In this document: in pieces, positions 1 through 8,323 of the stretch
Layout: every line of letters starts with the position of its first letter
Position numbering within the stretch: position 1 is the first letter of the stretch
Origin: Paraspadella gotoi
Lineage: Eukaryota; Animalia; Chaetognatha
Length of the DNA: 18,151 bases
Assembly: GCA_051294375.1 (NCBI GenBank)
Contig: JBJCIZ010000552.1
Span: 1-18,151 of the forward strand
Direction: 5' to 3'
Made by a program: the position numbers and the translations under genes
The notes under the pieces: model-generated
Databases searched by the model: none
Told to the model about the DNA's origin: nothing
What the model saw: the letters and a program-made list of their open reading frames with translations, nothing else

Positions 1-28
1 TTGTCGGTCCGTCGGTCCGCCCCCTCAA
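1..28 (+). mobile_element. HINE family A outer copy, 5' portion (begins before the window)
   Basis: ttgtcggtccgtcggtccgccccctcaa is identical to 6463-6490. Confidence 0.8.
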
Positions 29-334
29 TAGCGCGGAGTATAAATACAAGAAATAATAAAAGACATCTTGTGCCCTCCTAATTTTTTGAAACACATGTAA
101 AAACTATTCTTTAAGATCAAAAATTAAAAATTCGCTTGGCCAATATTCCCGTTCTATCGATTTTATAATGCGATTAGATGCAAAAAAATTGGAAAAAATA
201 GCAAATTTAAAAATAAAATAAAAATGGTTAGTATTATTAATTTATATGATGCGATAAACCTTTCGTTTTCGTTGTTATTAGGATATAGAGAAATGCAAAA
301 GATTTTGAATGTGGTACAACGATTTATTTGGAAA

Positions 335-377
335 TACGGACATGTTCGGCTCACAATTTCGAGCCTTCATCAGCGTT
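335..377 (-). ncRNA. Minimal hammerhead ribozyme with a 1-nt deletion in GAAA
   Basis: Minus strand: AAACG CUGAUGA A GGCUC GAAAUUGU GAGCC GAA CAUG UC CGUAU. Confidence 0.82.
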
Positions 378-1712
378 TGACATAAGGATAAATATTTGTG
401 CAAAAGAAGGGTGTGTGAGAGAGAGAGAGAGAGAGTTAAAGGTTTTCCAACAAAGTGGTGAGACTGAATAGTGGTCAGATGAGAGAACAGGCTGAAGTTA
501 AGGACAGATTGAGTGAGTTGTGAAAAGAAATGAAATTTGTTGGAGAGAGAGAGACAACAGGGATAAATAAATAAATAAATATTAAAGATACATTTTTGTA
601 ATGTACAACAAAAGTAAATGTGAATTTTGAAAACACTAAATGTCAGTAAGAGTAACAATTATCTGTTAGTTTAAATAATTAGCTAAAGGATAGTGAGATG
701 AAATATGAAATTTGAAATGTGAAAAGGATAGTTTTTAGTTTAATTGACAGTTAAGAGGATAAGAAAGTGAAATATAAGGAGAAGGAAAGAGCTCAAAAAT
801 GAGCTGGCCCCCCTTGTTTTATATGCAAATGAAGGACAGAGACGATGGTGCCAGGTCATTAACGCGTCATAGGCTGAGAGGAGAGTGTGGTTGAACCGGT
901 GAATGTTGCACTGGGTATCAAACCTGACGGAAAGATTCCCAGAGCCACTCTTATGTCTCTTTGGCCTGTTATGCCTGCTGGCTGCTCTCTTCTCGCCTGC
1001 TGGCGAGGCGGGCGGTTTGTCCATTCTTGCCAAGCTTTATGTACAGAGGTTGGGATCCTCTCCCTCCTCCTGAAGCCGTCGTTGTTTGGGCGGCGCCCAG
1101 TCGCCAGAGAAAGGAACTGAATTGCTTCATTGTGAGTGAGCCAGGCATCGTTTTGCCCATGCCTGCGCAAGGTCTCCGCCTGCTCTCGTTGAGTGGAGAC
1201 GGCGGGCAATCATGTGCGGGCGTGGAGGCGGGGCCTTCACCATGCTTTTGATAAGCGAATCAATAACTTTGGAGGGAGATCGAATCATACTCCATCACGG
1301 TTCAAAGAGGGCTCGGCGGGCTTTGATGTAAATTGCCTCCAAAAACTAAAAACTATCTTTTTTCACATTTCAAAATTTTCCATATTCATCTCACTATCCT
1401 TTAGCTAATTATTTAAACTAACCAGATAATTGTTTAACTCTTAGCTGACATTTAGTTTTTCAAAATTCACATTTACTTTTGTTGTACATTACAAAAATGT
1501 ATCTTTAATATTTATTTATCCTGTTGTCTCTCTCTCTCCTCTACACAAATTTTATTTTTTCACAACTCACTCATCTGTCCTTAACTTCAGCCTGTTCTCT
1601 CATCTGACCAACTATTTGTCTCACCACTTTGTTGGAAAACCTTACCTTTTTCTCCTCTCTCTGCTCTCTCTCTCTCACCCCTTCTTTTGCCACAAATATT
1701 TTTCCTTATGTC

Positions 1713-1763
1713 AAACGCACTGGAATCGAAGGCTCGAAATTGTGAGCCGAAACATGTCCGTAT
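1713..1763 (+). ncRNA. Degenerate hammerhead ribozyme (inverted copy of 335-377)
   Basis: AAACG cacuggaaucga A GGCUC GAAAUUGU GAGCC GAAA CAUG UC CGUAU. The CUGAUGA box is corrupted by insertions and the rest is intact. Confidence 0.75.
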
Positions 1764-2996
1764 TTCCAAATAAATCGTTGTACACATTCCCAAAAACTTT
1801 GCATCTTCTCTATATATTATATAAAATATAGCTAAATCCAAGTATTTAAAACTCTTCTTCAACTATACTAAATATAAAAAACTTGTCATTAAATAATGTT
1901 TAAACAAATATTATTAAAAAATGTTTCTTTTGGGGAAAAAATATAAAAGATTAACACTAATAGGAAATGAATAATAAAATAGTTTTAATCAAATATATGT
2001 GAAATAAGAAAATATATAACCGTTTTCATTTGTAAAAAGTTATTTACTCTATTAATATATGACCACAATGAAAAATAGTGGCGAAACGGTGCTCGTGCTG
2101 TTTATCCCTTTAAAAATTGTTTCTGAGCCAAATTAATTAATCATTATTTTGGTAATATCGTGCGATATACACTACTGGACATTACTGTATCTCGACATAA
2201 CCCTTGACCATCAACAAAAAAGCTAACATAGATCAAAAATAGTCAAAAAGATAAAGCAATATACGCTCGAAAACGCTTACAAAATTTTAGACCATTGCTT
2301 TTATAAAATGCAAAAAAAATAATTAATATTATTAAAACAAAACTTTAACGATAACTTATAGTTAACCGAGACCAAGATGAAATTTTTTTCCCATCATTCC
2401 TCAATTTATATGAATCATATGTTTGTAAATAGTTAATTAATCTACAATAACAATATGACAAATTCATTTTCAATTTCTTTATGAATGGGAAGTTTTCTCT
2501 GCTTACTCCTTGTGTCTAATTATCTTAATATTTTAAACGGTAATTTTCACAAACCTTATATAATTACATATTTTCCACTTTCTTTTCAATTCTTTCAACA
2601 CAAAACAACATCATAAAAACATTTTAAATTAATAAAAAAAATTGATTGAAATGATTTTGGAAAAAAATCATTTTGAAACTTGAGATAAGGATTATGAGTC
2701 AGGAAAAATTTTTGCATATTCTAAAATAATCAGCCTCCTAGCCTTTCGATTTTTTCTAGAGGCTGATTTTTTATTTTTTTGATATTTTGATTTTCTATGC
2801 AAAACCAATTATTCTTCAATGAGCATAGGTCGGACAAAATTTTTTTCCCACAATTGAAAAAATTTCAACCTTTCTAATTAGGCTTTTTTGGGGGAAATAA
2901 ATAAATAAATATATTATACGATGGGTAATCTGAAAGTGATATGTCTCTAAATGACAAAAAAAAATATTTCTTTCAAGTTTTATTTTGAAATTTAAC

Positions 2997-3069
2997 GTAT
3001 TGGTACCAATAGAAATAAGTGAGATACTCCCGCTTTGCCGAAATTTTTATTTAACAAAGATTTGTACTG
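2997..3069 (+). repeat. Dispersed repeat fragment, with an inverted copy at 12712-12777
   Basis: ctttgccgaaatttttatttaacaaagatttgtactg vs cagtacaaatctttgttaaataaaaatgtcggcaaag. Confidence 0.75.
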
Positions 3070-5116
3070 CGTAATTTTAAAAAAAGTTATTTTTTTACAA
3101 TAACTTTTGAAAGAAAAGAGGTAGCAAGGTGGATGTGGTATCAAATTATAAAGCCCTAATCATGGGACACCTTTCTAAAAGAGTTTATTAATTTAAATCC
3201 ATAAATCTTTACACGCTTTTGTTTAAATCAGCAGTTAAAAGTATAACAGTTTTTTGCTTTAAAAATTTCAATGAAGGCATATGAATTTTTCTTTTTCTTT
3301 TGTAATTTGAAAAAGGAAAAGACTGAATTACATTTTGTTATTATTAAATTTTCTTTATTCCATAAAATTGCTTTATATTTTTCAGTTAAAGTAAAAACAA
3401 GCAAAATTATAATATGTAGCTTGATAAAATGTATTTTTAAATATTAAAAATGATAAATACAAAAATGTTTTCAGCTTTATATAAACAGTCTGGAGCATCT
3501 ACCTTCTTGTCTGTGAAAAAAAATCCGTTCATTTTTTATTATTTTTAGCTGCAAACTAAAAGCTTGACAAACTGCTTGTTTATCATAATAAAGTTGTAAA
3601 AAATTATATAGCTGGTAACATATTTGACAAAGCAAACATCATTGTGTTAAATTGTAATTGATAATTTTTTTTAAATATAGCAAGGCAATTTAATTTTATT
3701 ATTTATCATCCATTTTAATTAAGAAAAAATATTCTCGTAATAGCCCATTGGAAAGGGTTCATTGACTGACTTAATGATGAAATTTTTTAGATTTTCTTTA
3801 CTGCCCCATTTTTACAAGATATAAAAAGGTCATGGTTATCATGTCAAAAAGTCCAGATTATCTGTACCCTTTCTGCAACCTTGCATTCCAAATTTTCTTT
3901 TTTCCCTTTCAAATGTATTAAATAAAAAAAATTATTTGAGAAAACATCGGCGTGGAGGATGCCATTGGTAAGCCTTAGTTACCCACTTCCCGATCGAATT
4001 TTTAAATGAGGTTTTTTTTCCATCTATTTGAGACATAACACTAACTATTAGTATTATTATTTTTTTTATTTTTTTTATTATAATTCTACGAATAAATATG
4101 AATAAGTAACTTTTTAAAAAAATTTATCATCTTTTACCCTATATTCAGTCATATCTAAAAAAACAAAAAAAGAGTTTGCATTGATATTTTGGATATCAAC
4201 ATATGAAACTATAACGTTTTCAAAAAATAAAAAGAATATAATAATATTGAACAGTGAATTTTTTTTATGCACGGAACAGTAACGTTACGCCATTTTCATT
4301 GTGTCATATAAAGTTTTTTCATTTTTTTGAACCACAAGTCCTAAGCGCTCGCTTGTCACGGGGATAGCAGGACCCATTCAAAAGCACACAAGTTGGGCTA
4401 CACAAATGTTTTTGGTGGTTATCCATCTAGTTTACGAATAATGTTTTAACCATTAAATATGCAACTCAGTCCCTCTCTCTGTGGAATGAGCGCCGCCCAA
4501 AACGACGGCTACAGGAGGAGGGAGAGGAGTCCACCACTCCTGTCGCAAAAGCGGTAAGAATGGACACCCACCCACCCCGCCAGCAGGCGAGAAGAGGGAA
4601 GCCGGCAGGCGTATCAGGCCAAAGAGACATTCGAGTACCACAGGGAATCTTCCCTCAAGGAAGCCTACCCAATCCAGCACTAACATATTCGGTCGAACTA
4701 TCTTCTCAACCAATGACACGTCAATGTCCCGGCCTCATCGTCCAAGCCTCTCATTTGCTAAAGCCAAGGGGCCAGCTCATTTTTGAGCTCTTTCTTAATT
4801 CTTAACCTTTCACTTTACTAATTACTTTGCTATCCCTCACCAAAGTATCTCTTCACTTTTTCTTTTTCTTTTCTTTTCTTCAATTATTTATTAATAGTTA
4901 ATTAAAATTTCAGTATACAAAAATCTTTTTAACTGTTGTCCATTAAGAAATGTATCATTTTCTTTCTCCCTGTCTCTCTCTCTCTCTCTTCCCAATTGAC
5001 CATTTCCCTTCTTTTCAAAACTAAATTCAATCTGTCCTTACCCTTGGCCTATTCTCACCACTGATCACTGTCCTTTCTAAACTCTGTGTTGAAACTTTGC
5101 TCTCTCTCTCTCTCTC

Positions 5117-5481
5117 TCACTTGTTATTCAATCATAATCGTTTCTCTGGAAAAGATAGGCTGTATGGAACCGTAGTTTTTACTGTAGAAAATGTTTATTA
5201 TGTTCTATGCCACGAGGTCGCGCGTTCGATTCGTCGGCTGTAGGTTAAACTGGCTTTAACATGGAGCAAGGTTTTCTAAATCTCGAATGACGTAAATGTC
5301 GAATAAATGACGAATAAATCTTTAATAAGTTTATTTATTGTAGAGGAAATAAATGGCGAATTTAAAGTAGTACAATAAGTTCATGTAGAAAATCCTTGGA
5401 TTCCGTAAAAAGTACGGTTTCATACAGCCGATCTTTTCCAGAGAAACTATTATGATGAAGAGATGATCGAATAACAAGTGA
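5117..5481. mobile_element. Foldback/MITE-like inverted-repeat element inserted in the (CT)n tract of a PLE pLTR
   Basis: tcacttgttattc..atcataatcgtttctctggaaaagataggctgtatggaaccgta (5117-5174) pairs with tacggtttcatacagccgatcttttccagagaaactattatgat..gaataacaagtga (5413-5481). No TSD identified. Confidence 0.7.
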
Positions 5482-5646
5482 CGAGGTTTTCGGCTAAAAG
5501 AAAGTTACAAGAAAGCGACTAGAACGGTGAAAAGACTGGTCTGAAAAGGTCAACTAAATGACCAGGGAAAAATAACCAGACGCGAGGTCACAAAATCTCT
5601 CCCCTTCTTTAAATTAAACATTTGTGAATAATTCACAAAACATTTT

Positions 5647-5688
5647 GGCGCTGAAAAAGGCTCGAATTTGATCCGAAACATGTACGTC
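5647..5688 (+). ncRNA. Degenerate hammerhead ribozyme (G8A)
   Basis: GGCG CUGAAAA A GGCUC GAAUUU GAUCC GAAA CAUG UA CGUC. Stem I is GGCG/CGUC, stem II has one mismatch, and the cleavage triplet is GUA. Confidence 0.75.
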
Positions 5689-6589
5689 TATAATTAAATA
5701 AATTGTTGTTGCAAAAGTATTCACACTATTCCTTTAATCTATTTATTTATTGTAAGAAATTAACATCATTGTTATACAGACTAAAATGAGTCAATAAAAT
5801 GTTAAACAAAATTGATAGAGGTTTATGAAAATAGTGATAAAATTAATTTTGCTGAACAAATTGTAATAGTAATTATTATTATTATTATTATGGTTATTAT
5901 TAATTGTACTAATATTTAACAGAGTAGTTCTATTTAAAACGATTTTACCCATCTTTCATGAGAATTTTTGTCATTTTGAGAAAAAAAAACAGATCGGCCA
6001 GAGCAATCTACGGAAGGGAGGGAGAGTGTAATGGTAAGGCCTATTGTAAGTCAAGCTGGTAAAGCTTATTATAAGCTGTATAAGTTTAATGTAGCTACTA
6101 AAGCTTTTATAAGCTTTAAAAAGGATATTGACTGCGTTATGTGGCTTGGTACTTATTTTCCATTTTGCTTAATTTTTAACAATTTTTATGAAATACTTAT
6201 CTTTAGAATCACTCAATATTTATATAAACATATTTTTTTGTATTTTTATGGATAAAAATGGGTTTAAATTCTTTGTTTTAACTATATTTTACTTTAAAAA
6301 GTGAACTTAACCAGCTTTCTCTGATATAAAATTTTGCTATTTTTTTATAATTTTTTTGCATCAAATTGCTTTATAAAATCGATAGAACGGGAAAATTGAG
6401 CGATCGAATTTTCATTTTTAGTCGGATCTGCTTATCAGCAGATCCCGACTCTATAATTCACTTTGTCGGTCCGTCGGTCCGCCCCCTCAATATTGTCGGG
6501 CATTAACTTATATCATGTCAGAACATTGAAATATGATAAATTATGCAAAAAAAATGATGTCCGTCCGTCCGTCCGTTCGTCGTCCGTCC

Positions 6590-7470
6590 GTCCCACCTTA
6601 GCAAAAATACCAATTACTCGTGATTGGTATGGATGGATTTAAAAAATTTGTGTGTGGATAGGTAAGTGTGCGATTGAGCAGGATATGAAGTTTCGATGGA
6701 ATCGTCCAAGTGGAAATGAGTTTAAATGGAAAAAAAATCACTATTTGAACACCAATTGCTCATGAGTGGATGGGCTGATTGACCTGGAATTTTGTATGTG
6801 GGTAGGAAAGTGTGTGATTGAAGAGGAAATCAAATTCGATGGAATAGTTTGAGTGGAAATGAGTTTAAATGGAAAAAAACACAAAACCTGTTTCACTAAT
6901 TGATTATGCTTCTTTTTCCTTTTATATTAAATGTTTATGCAGGATGTATAATAAATCAAATAATTAATCAGTTAATTAATCAATTAGTAAATAAATTCAA
7001 TAATTAATTAGTCAATCAATCCGTCCATCCGTCCTACCTTAGCAAAAAGCTCCAATAACTCGTGATTGGCTGGTTGGATTGGAATTAAATTTTGTGTGTG
7101 GGTAGGAAAGTGTGTGATAAAGCTGGATATAAAGTTCCGATGGAATCATGTGAGTGGAAATTAGTTTAAATGGAAAAACCATAAGTCGCATTTACTAAAA
7201 TCTTTTTACTTATTTTATCCAATAAATACTCTAATTAATCATAATTGGATAGATAGATTGAGTTGAAATTTGTGTGTGGGTAGGAAAATGTGTGACGAAG
7301 CTTGATATAAAGTTTGGGTGGAAACGTACCAGTGGAAATGAGTTTAAATGAAAAAAATATGAGTCGCATTTACTTGAATCTTTTTATTTATTTTAACCCA
7401 TGATAGATTGAGATGAAATTTTGTGAGCCCGTTCGGAAAGTGAGTGAAGAAGCTAGATATAAAGTTTTGA
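6590..7470 (+). repeat. Internal tandem ~140-200 bp units of HINE A
   Basis: About five recurrences of ggattg..aaattttgtgtgtgggtaggaaagtgtgtga..gatatgaagtttcgatggaatc..agtggaaatgagtttaaatggaaaaa. Confidence 0.85.
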
Positions 7471-7797
7471 CTGAATGCAAGTTGAAAAAATTATGCAAGT
7501 TGAAAAAAATCTTAAAAGCATAAGGATCGTCGCAATTGCATAAAAAGAGAGAGAAGAGAGAGAAAGAGTGAGAGAGAAGGAGACATAAAATAAAATAGAG
7601 GATATTTGTTTGTTTTGATAAAAGGTAAACAAAACATTTAATAACTGTCCTGATTCAATTTTAAGGACATCGATGATGACAAGCTGAATATAAATTATAA
7701 TTATTAGACATTGTGGTATAATCCTTTCTTTTCGTTGCGTAATAATTATTAGAAAAGTTTGAAATGAATTTTCAACAACGATTTTATTTTTAATAAA

Positions 7798-7839
7798 AAC
7801 GGACATGTTTCGGCTTAACTACAAGCCTTCATCAGCATT
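7798..7839 (-). ncRNA. Minimal type I hammerhead ribozyme, apparently intact
   Basis: Minus strand reads AAUG CUGAUGA A GGCUU GUAGUU AAGCC GAAA CAUG UC|CGUU. Stem I is AAUG/CGUU, stem II has 5 bp, and stem III is a single A-U pair closing the palindromic loop CAUG. Predicted cleavage is after GUC, between 7802 and 7801. Confidence 0.92.
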
Positions 7840-8001
7840 AAAAAAGTTAGTGAATTTTAAACAAATTATGTGCATAAAGAAAGAGAGAGAGAGAGAGAGA
7901 GAGGGCAAAGTTTCCAACACAGAGTTGAGAAGGGATAGTGGTCAATTGTGAGGACAGATTAAGGTGAAACAAATAGAGCCAGTTTGTGAAAAGAAATTGA
8001 A

Positions 8002-8058
<57 letters not shown>

Positions 8059-8323
8059 TGAGAGAACTTGAAAAATAATACATTGTGCAATGTACAACAA
8101 AGATAAATATTGTTTAAAACTTAATGATTAGTGTTAACAATTAACTACTGTGAATAAATGAGTTAGTGAAGATGAAATTGTGAAATTTGAAATGTGAAGG
8201 AAATAGAGGTGAGGGATAGTTAAGCAATTATTATTATAGTGAAGTATAAGAGTTTAGATAGAGCTCAAAGTGAGCTGGCCCCCTTGGCTTGTGCAAATGA
8301 AAGGCCTGATCGATGTGGTCGGG

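Larger units (their letters stand above)
245..1815 (-). mobile_element. Heavily 5'-truncated PLE copy: 3' pLTR, C-terminal coding relic, and a long inverted pLTR
   Basis: ~790-1210 is homologous to ~8260-8680. The minus strand at ~1270-1340 encodes EAIYIKA..PSLNRDG (GIY-YIG C-terminal motif, frameshifted). ~283-741 and ~1343-1815 are reverse complements of each other. Confidence 0.88.
283..1815. repeat. ~460-bp inverted repeat (283-741 / 1343-1815) formed by pLTRs
   Basis: Examples: gtacaacgatttatttggaaatacggacatg (314-344) vs catgtccgtatttccaaataaatcgttgtac (1753-1783); gatagtttttagttt (727-741) vs aaactaaaaactatc (1343-1357). Confidence 0.9.
4460..5760 (+). mobile_element. 5'-truncated PLE copy (C-terminal extension plus pLTR with HHR), interrupted by an insertion at ~5118-5594
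   Basis: 4460-4800 is the reverse-complement homolog of ~8260-8586 (gagcgccgcccaaa.cgacggct.caggagga; gccaaggggccagctca). pLTR motifs tcaatctgtcctta and (CT)n follow, then the HHR at 5647. Confidence 0.87.

Noticed and set aside
163-658. ORFs 163-354 and 278-658 and similar Leu/Ser/Phe-rich ORFs (1587-1862, 7453-8083, 12829-16893)
   Set aside because: Chance translations of AT-rich pLTR/HINE sequence and (GA)n microsatellites; no protein motifs.
2729-2768. Hairpin aatcagcctcctag..ctagaggctgatt
   Set aside because: Isolated palindrome inside AT-rich transposon debris; no ribozyme core or other support.
6031-6255. 74-aa ORF inside the long-TIR element as a transposase remnant
   Set aside because: No DDE, BED or hAT dimerisation motifs recognisable.
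7707-7716. ATG (ccacaATGtc, minus strand) at the PLE 3' tip as the element's start codon carried in the pLTR
   Set aside because: Plausible for PLEs but not conserved at the ends of the other copies in this window.
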